A DNA stretch of 64,000 nt from Tilletiaria anomala UBC 951 (GCF_000711695.1 NW_013547015.1:1-64000); one strand, 5' to 3'; positions 38,040 to 51,165 are shown, counted from the first letter of the stretch. Program-made: numbers and translations. Notes: generated from the letters alone by a model not told the origin.

Positions 38040-38319
38040 TAAGAGTTCCACTTTCCCTACTCAATCCGTTTCTTGTGCCTTTGTCCCCTACTGAGAAATG
38101 CGATTCCTTTTCCTACCACCGAGCCAGTCTGTGCAGTCCAATTCGAGAGATTGCAGCGATGATGTTGGAGATGATGATACACGGAGGTGCGGGATTTCAA
38201 GTGAAGATCTGTATCACTAGCCCGTCGAATGCTTTCGTGCGGTACGTCAGTTGCCCAGCTCCGCAACCTGAGCCAAAGTACGCTTCTCCAAAGCAAGAGA
38301 AAGCCTTGCACGCCGATGT

Positions 38320-39862
38320 TTACGAACGGTACAGCGCGCGCTTGGCCACCTTGGCGACCAGCTCTGGGGTAGGGAAGCTGAGCGCTTCGAGGTTTTGCGC
38401 GTAAGGCGTCGGGACATCTGCGCCGGTTACTGTCAAGAGATAAAGAAAAGTCGTGGTCAGATCTTGAAGGTTTCGACTAGTGGCACACGACGTAGAAACT
38501 CACCTCGTTCGACGGGTGCGTCCCTGCGCGCGGTTTATGATAAGAGGGAACACGGGAGGAAAGCAACAGATGGTGAACAATGGGGCGAAAGTAGATTTAA
38601 AGTGGTGAGCGCCTCGCTTTGCAATACTCACAAGTAGTCGAATGCCTCGCTTTCCATGATCTGCGCGCAAATCTCGGAACCGACGCCAAACATGGGGAAG
38701 CCGGTCTCGACGGTGACGAGCCGGTTAGTCTTCTTGACGCTCTTGATGATGGTGGCGATGTCGAGCGGGCGGATGCTGCGCAAGTTGATGACCTCCGCTT
38801 CGATGCCCTCCTCCTTCTTGAGCATCTCGGCGGCGCTGAGCGAGTAGCCAACGCCGATGCTGTGCGCGACGAGCGTGATGTCTTTGCCCTGCCGCTCGAC
38901 CTTTGCCTCGCCGATAGGGATAACAAATTCATCGGAGAGGATTTCGGCGTTGACGGGGAAGGTCTGGCCGTACATGATCTCATTCTCAAGCACGACGACT
39001 GGGTTGGGGTCGCGAATGGCGGCCTTGAGCAGGCCGCGCGCGTCCTCGGCGGACCAAGGGCTGACGACCTTGAGACCAGGGATCTGGCCATACCAGCTGG
39101 CGTAGTCCTGCGAGTGCTGCGCGCCGACGCCGGCCGCAGCGCCGTTGGGGCCGCGGAAGACAATCGGGCAGGGCACGTTGCCGCCGGACATGTAGTACGT
39201 CTTAGCGCCCGAGTTGATGATCTGATCGATGGCCTGCATCGCAAAGTTAAACGTCATGAACTCGCAGATCGGGCGCAGACCCGACAGCGCCGCGCCGACG
39301 GCCAGACCTGTGAAACCAGCCTCAGTGATGGGCGTGTCAATCACACGGCGCTCGCCAAACTTGTCTAGCAGGCCGCGCGTGACCTTGTATGCGCCGTTGT
39401 CTGTGGGTGGGGAGAGGAAAGTCATCAGCATTCAGGATTCAATAGGGAACGTGGGTCGACGGACACAATGGACGCACATCGCGCAACCTCCTCTCCCAGG
39501 AGGAAGACCTTATCGTCCCGCAGCATCTCCTCCTCCATAGCCGAGTTGAGCGCATCGCGGACGGTCATCTCCTTGGGTGCACCGCCGCTGGCAGACGAGG
39601 CGAAGCGTGCCTGGTTGCGGTAAGACGCTGGCAGGCTGAGCGCCGCAGCTGCAGCGGGCACATTCTCCTTGATGGCTGCCTTTGCTGCTGCTGATGAGGA
39701 GGAGAATGAGGACGGCAGCAGGACACCTGACGATGAAGCCAGCGTCGAGCTGGAGATGGCACGTCTCGAAGAGCCCGCTGCTGATGTGCCTCTGCTGCCG
39801 CTGGCGCTGGCGACGAAGGATCGCCGTGCGAGTGCGACGCGGACTGTCGATGCGAGGACCAT
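38320..39862 (-). CDS. PDB1: Pyruvate dehydrogenase E1 beta subunit, mitochondrial
   Basis: Mitochondrial presequence, then [41 protein letters not shown] and [18 protein letters not shown]. Includes a 20-nt internal exon at 38504-38523. Confidence 0.95.
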
Positions 39863-40062
39863 GTTAGCGGAGGTAGATCGGGGCGCCTGGTGTGTCCGGG
39901 AATGAGGGCCTCGGGTGCGTGTATTGGCGACAACTTAAGAGCAAGAAGGAAGAATGAGGGTGATTGGTATAGGATGGATGGAGGTGATGGTGATGGGTTA
40001 GGTGTGGAGCTTTGTGGTGAGGCAAGGGGGCACTGCGCAAGTGTCCCCCGCTCGATCTTCTT

Positions 40063-40082
40063 TCGCTCGCTCGCTCGCTCGC
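40063..40082. repeat. (TCGC)5 microsatellite in the PDB1/RUB1 divergent intergenic region
   Basis: The sequence reads tcgctcgctcgctcgctcgc. Confidence 0.8.
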
Positions 40083-40370
40083 CTGTCAGAAGAAACTTTT
40101 GGAAAAGTGTTGTTGGGGGAGTGACCAAGTAGGTTCTCTCGGCCGAGATGCTCCCTTTTCTTTCTTATTTGCCTCAGCGTAAAAAGAATGACATGCCTTC
40201 GATAGATATCCTGGTATGAAGCCAGCCACATCCGCCGTGCTCGTCATTATTTCATGCCAGTCCAGCTCGTCGACGGGGAGATTGCACGCCGAGCAGACAC
40301 GCAGGCAAGCACGGAATCAAAGTCTTCGGCCCCCTCTGTACAAGCGGGCGCCTACACCTCGCACGCCAAC

Positions 40371-41151
40371 ATGTTGATCAAAGTCAAGACACTGACTGGC
40401 AAAGGTGAGGTGCACCGTGCGCGCATGCTCTGCCCTCTACCGCTCTGTGTAGCAAGCTGCGTAGGGCTCGTGTTGCAAAAGAGACGAGGAGAAATGGAAG
40501 GAGAGATAAGTTATTCAAGAGGGAATGGCTCTTCTCGATCACCCGCCCCGTTGCGGCGTTCCGCTTGGAGCGGACTAAAGCAATGGCGGGTACAAGCATA
40601 GACGTGATAACTGCTGACTGAGGTGCACAGTCATCGAGGGGCTGCTTCGCTGGTCAGGCGAAGCTATGCATCTCGCCGACGGTCATCCCTTGGCACACAC
40701 CTGTCCATCTGCAAGCCCGCTTACTTACCCTTCAAACTTCCTTACCGTGCGAACACCAGAGATCGAGCTCGACATCGAGCCGACGGACAAGATCACGCGC
40801 ATCAAGGAGAAGGTTGAGGAGAAGGAGGGCATCCCACCCGCGCAGCAGCGGCTCATCTTTGGCGGGAAACAGATGTGAGTGTCCTCCTCTGATTCGCAAC
40901 TATTCACGCTGCCTAACGGACTAGAACCCCTCTGCTGCAATTATAGGCACGACGAGAAAACAGCAAAGGAGTTTGGCATAGAGGGCGGCTCGGTCTTACA
41001 TGTTAGTCGTGCCTGCCTCGGGGCTGCCAGCTCACTTGCTCGATAGCGTAGAAGGCTGACCGCTTTTCTTTTCTCTCTTCCCCCACCATCTCTGCTTCCA
41101 TACGTATGCGGTGACCAGTTGGTCCTGGCACTCCGAGGCGGCTCGCTATGA
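40371..41151 (+). CDS. RUB1: Ubiquitin-like modifier NEDD8/Rub1
   Basis: Four exons give [78 protein letters not shown]. Ala72 in LALRGG is the NEDD8 signature. Confidence 0.95.
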
Positions 41152-41979
41152 TCCCTTTGCACTGGATTAGATATTGAATCACCCATTCTGCCATACTCAT
41201 CCTTGAGAGTGCACGCAGGTATGCGCGCAAATCTTTAGCTGACATTCAGATGGTGGCCAGTGCGTGTTGCTCCACCATCAATCGCCTGAGCCCGGAATCT
41301 CACGTCCATCACGCGCATGAACGGACACACTTCGCAGCCTGATCGGAGCCGGGGGAAGACACAGACAAGACTCACGTATCTCAGATTGCCTGTGACCAGA
41401 GCGCTTGGAGGAATATGGCCTTCAATTTCAACTTTGAGAATGATCTCGAGATGGAGATAATAGCCAGCGTTATTACGAGTACAACGACAGACGCGCCGGG
41501 GTCTGCCGGGGTCCTCATTGCATCGCTGGGACCAGCCTTGGAGTCTGCAGAGCGCGACAGGCCGTGTTAGCCATGGGTCGAAAGTTCGCACGCGAGTTTT
41601 ACATCGTGTTTGGATAAGATTGTTGCAAAGCAGTCTGAAGCATGCGCGGCACGACGAGCGCTGGTGCAGATAAGCAAGAACGACCATTCTGATGCTACAG
41701 GTCAATCATCCTTTCTGGCCCAAACATGTGCGCCTCTGCTTCCGCGAGAGACCCCACGCCGTCCATCTTCACATGGCTGGTGCTGAAGTCTTATAAAAGT
41801 GTCCGTCGCCCCTTTCCTCTCGTATCGTGCTCGCCTGTCAACGTTAAGGGCTTCACCTTCCACCTTGCAGCTCCTAGCTCTTTCCCTCTTTACCACCCCG
41901 CAGCGGGTGAAAGCAGCAGCCGTAGCAGCACACTACGACCCTTCTAGCTCCGTCTCGGCCGAGGCTGATCGCAGACCGA

Positions 41980-43756
41980 TCAAGGAAGCAAGCGCGTGTG
42001 ATTGCGTGGCAGCTCAAGCGCCTTCCTGTCAATGTCGCTGCTGTTGAGGTTGCTGCGACGGTTGTGGCCCTTGCCATCGCGCATCCCCAAGAGCATGAAG
42101 CTCTCGTAACTCGTTTCCTGGCCGCTCAGATCAACAGTGTACTTTTGAACCTGCACGGGTGGGCGAGTACAATGTAGATGCAAGTTAGCGAAACGAGACG
42201 ACGCCATGAGAACGCAAAGACGTGAGCTGAACGCACCTTGCCAAAGCCCTTGATCGCCTTGCGCCAGTAGCACGCCGCGCTCGCAGGCGACACGTAGCGG
42301 TTCCTAAAGTAGTTCCACTGGTTCTCAGCGATCCTGTGCGCCTTGTCGTCATCCTTGAGCAGCGCATCCATCACATCGGGCAGGCGCTCCCATGTGCGGT
42401 CGAAGTACTCCTTGTCGCCATCGTGCACGAGAACGCCCTTGCCATTTCCGGTCGCCTTGGGCACGTAGACGATGTTCTGGTCGGGTGAGTTCCAGTCGGC
42501 GTTGTACAGGTGCGTCCAATGCTGGATCCAGCGCGGCGGGTGCGTAATAATAACCGTCTTGCAGTTCTGCAGGTAACGCAGACGGCCAGAGTATGTGTTC
42601 CCCTCGGCGAACCCTTGGAACTTCCACTTGCAGTGGTCCGCGATCGCCACCGCCGTCGTAGGGTTCGACCAGTCGACCCCCTTGATGTCGTTCCACGTAT
42701 GCCCCCGGGCAACTTGGACCATGCTCTCACGATCGGCGGTGCCGACCTTCATGCTACCGCGCCAGAAGAGCTTGGGGACCTTTTCCTCCCACGGCGTGGC
42801 CTTCTCGATGGCTTCAATCTTCATGCGCACATCCAGATATGTGCCCACGTGCTCGGGCCACGAGAGGAAGCCATAGTCTGGCATCAGCCAGACATCATCT
42901 TGATCGTCCCTGCGGTCGAGGCTGAACTTGCCGCGCATGCCCCAGTCATCGAAGCCCATGCAGAACTCGATGTTCGGCAACGGCTCGCGCGAGGTGATGA
43001 TGGACTGGTGCAGCAGCGCTAGCGCCGCTAGTGGCCGCGTGAAAGTACCGGTGGAAGGCGTGAATTTCTTCAGATAGAGTCGATTGTTGTAGATAGCCAC
43101 TCGTGCATGTGTCCATTGCCCATCGTCGCAAGAGCTTTCGAGGTACTCCTTTGTGAACCTGCGGAGGCAGGGCATGAGTCAGAAGAGATATGTGGAGCGC
43201 AACCCACGAGGAGTCTGTCATCGGCGGCTACTCACGGATTCTTGGTGTAATACTTGACGCTGCGATCAATGTCCTTCCAGAGGTCCGGGAAGTACGCGTC
43301 GCATTGCTCCTCTGTGAACGTGAGGTCGTCCGGATTGAAAGGGTCATTGTACTCTGGCTTTTTGGGTAGCATGATCGTCTCCCCGCTCTTGACCGAGTAG
43401 CCCCATCCTTTTGCGATGCCCTGGAGCTTGACCGGCAATTGTGAAGTTGTGCTTGGCTTGGCAGAGATGTGCAGGATGAGCAAAAGGATAAGGGCCGCGG
43501 CGAGCGCTTTACGGAGCCGAGTTCGGAAGGTATACGCGAGCGTATCTTGTATCCGGCCAGAAAAGTGGAACAGCGTGGGCCAGGCCTGCGACAGCGGCTT
43601 CTCGGACGCTGATGCCGAGTGGGTGTGTTCGCGGGATTGCCCGCTAGACACCTCCAACTTGCCTTTCTGCTCGTGCTTGCTACGCTTCGCATCGTGCTGT
43701 GTCAGCGGCAGCTCGTACTCTTCCTCCGGCATGCGGTTGTACTGTGCAGACGACAT
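41980..43756 (-). CDS. Glycosyltransferase family 90 (CAP10/KTEL-like), type II membrane protein
   Basis: N-terminal transmembrane anchor (ALAAALILLLILHI), then WLMPDYGF.SWPE, PWEEKVPKLFWRG and HCKWKF...EGNTYSGRLRYLQNC. Introns 43235-43159 and 42236-42151. Confidence 0.85.
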
Positions 43757-44804
43757 CTTTGCTAATTTGATTTTCCAGTGCGTTGAATGACCGATCGATC
43801 GTCAGATCGAGCAGTTGCGGTCAAACTGTATGTGGGCGACCAGCGTCGAGTCCAGTCCAGTCCAGTCGAGGTCTCTTGATTCTGACCGGGCCAAACTTTT
43901 CTCCAGCGCCTATCGAATCGATGTTGATGTATGGCCTGCAGTCAGGGCACAACAGACGGGGCGATCATAAGACTGTCCAAGGTTTCTGCGATGAGTGAAG
44001 CGGCGGAAGTAGCACGGGACAGTCTGGCCCTGGTGTCCACAGAAGGAATCCGATGGATGTGGGAAAGCGTGGGACTGCGGTAGGCCATGACCAAGCTGGA
44101 CTGCGCCTTATCAGAGTCGCGGCCCCCGTCGTACGACTGATGACGGCGAGAGTGCGGACGGGAGGGCGAAAGCAGCACTATCCATATCAACGTCGAGCAT
44201 GAGAGGATGAACCAGGCGTAAAGAGCAAGCCAGGGAGGAATCGAAGATGCACTCAGTGATTGGAAACGCGAGGGAGGCGGTGGGGGAGCGCAGCCAGTTG
44301 GACCACGCCAGGTGAGAGGGCGCAATGCCCTAACTCTAAACACGAAAAACTATGTTTCACTGCAGTTCTACTAAGAATTCGATTCAATAAGAAAGAAACC
44401 CAGCAAAAGGCACTGTGCAGACTGTGACGAAGTTTAAGGCCAAGAGGCTGAGCAGCTTTAACCTCGCCTCGGTTGAGTCTGACTTCCGACGCCAAGCTTG
44501 CCTTTCAGCCACGAGTGCGGTCGCGTGAACGCCAGCAAATCCGCCTCTACTGGCAGACCAGAGTATCCTTTTGGCAACGAGGTACGAGCCCCGCTGAGTT
44601 TGCAAATCCGCGGTTCTCTAGGGTTGCGATTGAAGTGGTTGCGGTTTAAGTACATATCTAGTTATCAGAAAGATTCAATTAACACAGGCTTCCTTCTCGT
44701 TCCTTCCGGTCGATTGAGCCAAACGAGGTGGTGTATAGGTTGCTGAGTAGACAAGAACACGCAAAGGTGGCATTTTCTGCGAGGGTCCTGTATTCCTTGC
44801 GCGA

Positions 44805-46013
44805 TTAGAGTCTGGCCCGCGATATCTGCACACCATCCTTGCCGGAATCCGACGCGCCGGGGCGCATGCTCTTCTGCGGCGCGCTCTTGTACTCGGCCAT
44901 GCCGCCGCTGTTGTTGAGATGGTCGAACGTGGCGATACCCTGCTCATTGCGGTAGACGCCGAGCTCGATCAGCTTAGCAAAGGCCTTGGTGAAGTGGTCG
45001 AAGAACAGATCTTTGTCCGTTGCGTACTTCTCCACCCATGGTCGGAAGCTCGGGTCCTGGATCAGCGCCATATCCGTCGGCAGCATCATCAGCTCCTCCC
45101 CATCATCCCCTACACCAGGCGCCTTGGCGGCCCACTGGAACGGCATTCCCTGGCGTCCCTTCCAATTTTTGGGCTGCCACTTGAGCTTGAGCAGCAGCTT
45201 GTAGTACTGGTTCGAGAAGCGCGTCGGGTTCGGTACCCACGGTCCCTCGAAGCCGGAGCGGTCGCTGTGGCATCGCCCGAGCGAGTGCGCGCCGGACAGC
45301 GCGACGATCTCCTGGTCATTCATGTTCATTTTGTAAAACACCCATCGCAGGTGGTCAGAGCCTTGCGCTGCGTCTGGCAGCCTGCCGCGCGGCGGAAGTA
45401 GCGAGTCATTCGCAAAGTCAGAGCGGCCCGGCTTCCAGGGGATCTTGGGCCCTCCCATCTGCTCGATTGCCACCACGCCAGCCAGTGTCCACAGATCAGA
45501 GTAAGTAATCCAGCTGTGCTTTTCCTTGATCGCTTCGAGAAAGACGCGCGCGTGCTGAAGGCCGGCGTTCGCAGGGTCCCCACCTGATAAGCATACGAAA
45601 TGCAAATTGTCAGTCGTAGCACGGGTCTTGCTCGATGGGACATTGGCCCACCTTCTTCCTCGTAGCGCATACCAGCTCCATTGGAGCCACCGGTGTCTGT
45701 CTCCTTGTCATAAGTACCGCTGTGATAAGGGCGGAAGCATGTGTACGCAAAAGGGTCAGCCATGCTGGTGAAACACTGAAAATGTGCCGGGAAGTTGGCG
45801 ACTTACGAGGCATGCCATGCCAAACGGACGAGGACGGGGCCTATGCTACCATCATCGTACTCGGGCTTCCGCAGGATCTTCGTGATATCGTTGCGAACAG
45901 CTGTGGCGCCAAGAGCGGGGGAACAAGTAACCCGTTCGGTTAACTAGCCCGCTTTCTGGTGTCAATGTCCTCGCGAATGCAAGCGTACCTTCAAAGTCCC
46001 GCGAGTTCTGCAT
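44805..46013 (-). CDS. Class I heme peroxidase (cytochrome c peroxidase-like) with a PTS1-type C-terminus
   Basis: Distal motif [11 protein letters not shown] and proximal motif [12 protein letters not shown]...GFEGPW, plus LMMLPTD. Four exons, no mitochondrial leader, and the protein ends -ARL*. Confidence 0.9.
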
Positions 46014-46787
46014 GTTTGCGTTGCGAAATGGCTTGTAACCCTTGTGAATGCCAGTGCAGTTCAAGGGCCAAACACCTTGCAAAGTCAGGTGGCGATGATA
46101 GAAGATCGGCGAGAAGACAATCAACGAAAGGGCAAGCACATTTGTAAAACTCTAGCCAGCGTGCTACGAGGAACGGTTTATAAACCATGTCTGGGGAAGG
46201 TGTTGTTTCACATCTCTCCCCTTCTCAGTCATCCATCGATACGTTGTCTCTGCGAATCCAAATTGTCTAATCTCCTTCGCGCTACCGCTCCTTTTTCGCT
46301 GGGGCTGGGCGCGGTGACGGGAAACAAAAACCGGCAGCCTTGCCTACCGAGAGGAAACGGTCATCTCCCACATTCGGCCGACGTGAAAGCCGGAATCACC
46401 GAGAGCCTCCGCTTGCATGGATTTACAAATATGGTCCCTGCGAGTTGTGGATTACATGCCAAGAGATGTTGCGTGCTGTGTGGTCCGTGCAACCTAGGCC
46501 TCCGCCCGGTTCCACTCCCCCCCCCCACTGACACTCTCGCGGGCTTGTTCGCCCTGTCTCATATCCGAGAGCCAGCCAGCCAGGCAGCAGTGTAGCGGCG
46601 CTCTCTCGATTGGGAACCAGATCACGCCTACAGAAGAAAGTAGAAGAGAGCTTCGTGATCCATATACATACATACGCATACACCGTTACTTGGGTTCTTC
46701 TCGAAACTCCATGCTTGTTACGCAACCTAACGCTGCTCTTTTGCTACAATCACGCTTCAAAAAAGTGAGCAGCGCACAGAGCATCGC

Positions 46788-47988
46788 ATGACCGGCTCAT
46801 TCATCGCCGTTGCTGCCAGAAGACTCTCCCAATCCGCTAGACACCTCTCGACCTCCTCGGCAGCATTGCTATCGCCCACCATGGCCAACCTAGAGTTCAA
46901 GACCCGCACCATTGGTGCCCCTAACACATTGGGTGCGTACAGTATGAGACAGGGCATGCGCGCGTGTCGCACACATTCTTGGGGAAACCCTTTTCGTGCG
47001 ACAGGTAAGAGAGTGTGCTGACTCGATCGTGTCTGCTGACCTCCTTGACCGCCAGACTTCCGCGTCTGGCTCGAGAGCACGCGCACTGGGCAGGCCGTGT
47101 CGGCGTTCCACGATGTGCCCCTCTTTGCCGATGAGGCCAAGACGATCATCAACATGATCGTCGAGATCCCCCGCTGGAGCAACGCCAAGCTCGAAGTGTC
47201 CAAGGAGGAGCCACTGAACCCGATCAAGCAGGACACCAAGAAGGGCAAGCTGCGCTTTGTCCGCAACTGCTTCCCGCACAAGGGCTACATCTGGAACTAC
47301 GGCATGGTCCCCAGCACGTGGGAGGACCCGAATGCCACGCACCCGGACACCAAGGCCAAGGGCGACAACGACCCTCTGGACATTTGCGAGATCGGCGAGC
47401 AGGTCGGCTACACCGGCCAGCTGAAGCAGGTCAAGGTCCTCGGTGTCATGGCCCTCCTCGACGAGGGTGAGACTGACTGGAAGATCATCGCCATCGACAT
47501 CAACGATCCGCTCGCTCCCAAGCTCAACGATATCGAGGACGTGGAGAGGCACCTCCCCGGCCTCATCCGTGCCACCAATGAGTGGTTCCGCATCTACAAA
47601 ATCCCCGACGGAAAGCCAGAGAACCAGTTTGCTTTCAGCGGCGAGGCCAAGAACAAGGTGCGCTGTATCACTCCGCTCATGGGCACCGCCGCTTGAGGGT
47701 CGCGAAGCTGACGAATCTGCTTGCTCCTCTCTCCTGACTGGGATGCAACAGCGCTACGCCATGGAGGTTGTCCACGAGTGCCACGAGGCGTGGAAGAGGC
47801 TCATGAGCGGCCAGACCGACGCTGGCGGAATCTCCATCGCCAACACCGCCGTGCAAGGCAGCAAGGGCTACGTTAGCCCTAACGACTCACTCGTCCAGAG
47901 TATCCCGCACAACGCCCCGCAGCCTGCAGCTCCGATCGACCCGAGCATCGACAAATGGTTCTTCATCTCCTCCTCGGCTACCATCTAA
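46788..47988 (+). CDS. IPP1: Family I inorganic pyrophosphatase
   Basis: Motifs [35 protein letters not shown] and [11 protein letters not shown]. Introns 46933-47055 and 47658-47751. Confidence 0.95.
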
Positions 47989-48350
47989 GTGTATGCCCAC
48001 GCGGAGCCGGTAGGTGAAAGGGTTGTCTAGAGTTGGGGAAAATCGCATCGTGCATGCGCGCGTAAAATTTGTACTTCCACCGAATCAAACACGACAGACA
48101 GAAACCAATGCGCTTCTGGCACATCTGATTCGAAAGCGAGAGCGGCCAGTGTGATAAAGATAAGAATTGTCCATGGTGTCGTCATTCTTACATGTAGCAG
48201 TGGGCGATTGCCTGACCTCAACGGGATGGGTAGCTAGACGTAACCTACAGCGCTACGGGTCCGGGTGACCCCCTGCCTTTTTCGGATCTCCACTCTCAAG
48301 CGGCTCGGTATGCGTGTGGCGACGGCGGGCGCGGGAACGAGTAACAGCGT

Positions 48351-49681
48351 CTATTTGATGTTTCCCAGTCTCTGTGTGCTCGAGAAGACCTTGGTGTCGA
48401 GGTTGGTTGTCTTGTCTTGCAGGCGGCGCAGGCGCTCGTTCTGCGCGTCGATCTCGCCGCCCATGGCGCGGCCGAGCTGGTTCAGACGTCCGCTCAGGCG
48501 GGAGATCTCATCGAGGTTCTCGTCCAGCTCGTCCTCCAGCTCGTCATCGCTGGCAGTCGCCTCAAACTGGTAGCGCGAGCGCTGCGCCAACTTGGTCGCC
48601 TTGGCGTCCTGCAACGGTCCGTCCTTGTCCTTCGACCCGAAGCGCCCGCCGGCGAAGCGGTCGAAGCGCCCTCCACCACCAGCTCCGCTGCCCGGCGCGC
48701 CGAGCGACTGGTCAACGCGGTTGCGCGCAGCGAGCGTCTCGGCGCGCAGCGCCTCGCGTTCCTCGCGCTCATCGACGTGGCGGTTGATGATGCGCGCTTC
48801 TTCGGCTGCACGCTTGGCCTTCTTATCGAACTGGATGTTCGGGCGGAATATGGACCGGTTCAGCGCGACAATCTCCTTTGCATTGTCGTCTGCGCGACCC
48901 GCATACGCTTTCGATAGGTCGAGGTTGCGTTCCGTGTCGGCCAGCTTCTCGCTCTGGTCACCGAGGCGCATCATGCTGTTCGTGGCCGTCTCCTCCGCCT
49001 CCCTGGCCATCCGGAGCGCATTGCGCGTAGCGCTCAGCGACTCCTGCTTCGTGAAGCGCATCTGCTGCTTGACGGCCTCCACCTCCTCATCCGACTCGGT
49101 GCGCTCCTCTTGCTGCTGCTGGTCCTGCTGCTCGCCAGATGGGCCGTATTCGTCGTAGGCGGATCCGCCGCCGCCGTACCCTCCTTGGCGAGATCCAGCG
49201 CCATACTCGTTTTCGATCTGCGCTTGTGTAGTGTGCCCGCCGTGGCTTCCCTGGCTGTATCCACCCCTGCCCTGTGCCCCGTACCCTGTTCCATATCCAC
49301 TGCCACCGTCACCGCCTGCAGGCGTGCCATAACCATTGGGAGCACCGGAATCGCGCTGGTTTGCTCCCCCATATCCTCCGCCGTATTGATTGTTCTGAGC
49401 TCCGTATGGCTGGTTGTACTGGTGCCATCCGCCTGCAGCCCCTGGCTGCTGCGCCCCAGGCGGCGGGAGGTTGCGGCTACCCGGATTCGGAGGCGGGTTG
49501 TAGCGCGCCTGGTAGCCGGTCCCGCTACCTTGCGCCGGACCCGCCCCTGACTCTGAATTCTTGTTCTACAACGGGTTTCCGGTCGACGTTTGAGCAAAGG
49601 CAAAGTGTGGGTGATCAGAAGCGCCATTCAGCACAGCCCTGTCGGCCGGGCTCATTTGCTCACCTTTTTGAAGAGGCCCAT
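48351..49681 (-). CDS. SEC9: SNAP-25-like plasma-membrane t-SNARE Sec9
   Basis: Exon 1 encodes MGLFKK (49681-49664), followed by intron 49663-49566 and a Gly/Tyr/Gln-rich N-terminus. Two SNARE helices follow (KQESLSATRNAL...LGDQSEKL...LNRSIF; EDELDENLD...EIDAQNERL). Confidence 0.9.
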
Positions 49682-51165
49682 CTCTAGCGATCGCCGACAC
49701 TGCAGGTGCTCCTAAGGAGTATCCGGGCTCGGGTTCTTCCACTGTGTGGCAGACTTATCGCAGGACGGTAGGCCCGAGAAGCATGTGCTACCGCGGATCT
49801 CTGCAAAGACTGCCACGAGGGAGTGTACCATAAATGCATGTAGATGCCTTGAAACGATCGCAGACGATGTGAGGGGCTGCTTATGGAGAGGTGCCAGTCA
49901 CCGCGATTGGGGAGTGGTGCACTACAGCATTAGACTAATCGAAGGTTGACTGCTCTCGTGTCGAGCGTGGCGCTCGCGCTCTTCCCCCCGGAACTCGGGA
50001 CATATTATAAATCCGCTCACTTGGGACAAACCCTAGAGGAAAGAGTAGGGTTCATACCCATTATGTAAACCCAGCCACACTCGGCCGGGAGCGGGTCCAG
50101 TCAGCAACTAGCGCCTCCGAGCCCCGCAGGCTGTGGCCCGCCTGTGCCTAACAACAAATAAAAAGATCGCCAGTCTCCAACCTGCGACCAATCACCTCGG
50201 CGATACCCCATCGTGCCCCGCTGACTGTCACATGCACACATCGATACACCTTTCATCCTGCGTGTGCAGTCAACAGCTCTATCAGCACTCACCGCTCAGG
50301 CGCTCCCTGTTGCACCGGAGGCAGCCAGAGTGCTCTTCCCGCCCACAGTGTCACACTAACAGCGGTTTTGCTGCCAACAAGTGCCGCAATTGAAGATTGC
50401 GCCTTCGCGTCTCCCGCGTGGATTGGTGTGGTACAGTCATCCGGGCCGGCTGCTGTGATGTTGATCGTACCTAGTACTAGTGAACAAAAGTCCAAACCTG
50501 TCTTAACGTTAAACCTCTCTTTCGGTCATCAGAGAGCAACTAGAATGGAGCCAGGGTCAGCCAGAGTCAAGAGAGCCCGCAAATCGGTTCCAGCATCGTC
50601 CAAAGGGGCAGATCTTCCCCATATGATAACTTCGGATGTGCACTGGGCATGCAACTGGAAAACTCTTCTGTCCAGCACATGCGATCCTGTCAGGCATCAG
50701 GTTTAGTGGAGTTAATCCAAGAATAACTTCGGGACTTCTGGAGGAAATGGCACCATAGTCAGCGGACTGAGAACAAGACACCCAACTTGTCGGTGTTTCA
50801 TCATCTTCACCATTGCCTTCTCCTTCACCGTCGACGGGATACATTCCCTGTTTGTGTCTTCTCCTCCTTACTATGCTTCGTCATCACCGCCCGCATACCA
50901 ACTTCCGAGCATTTGACTCTGTGATACCCGACCGCCCCGTTCTTTCGCTTTCCGCACAAGCATCGGTGGCATCGGCTTGGGCCTTCCAAGCCGTATTTAA
51001 CACATCCTCGTTCCTCTCCCTTTATCTAATATACACGCGTTCCTTTCTCACTGCCGCCTACCCCCTCAGTCCTGATCCCGTTGAAACCTTCCAAGTCCAC
51101 GGGGTGTGCAGTGTAGGAAAGCTCATCGACCTTCCCTATTCCCACGCGCAAGCAGCTCGCCCAAG

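Noticed and set aside
41235..41947. 156-aa ORF and a TATAAAA/CT-rich tract between the convergent RUB1 and GT90 genes
   Set aside because: The ORF has no recognisable features, and the promoter-like signal alone is insufficient.
49090..49565. Gly/Tyr/Gln-rich prion-like N-terminus of Sec9
   Set aside because: Low-complexity N-terminal extensions are usual in fungal Sec9 proteins.
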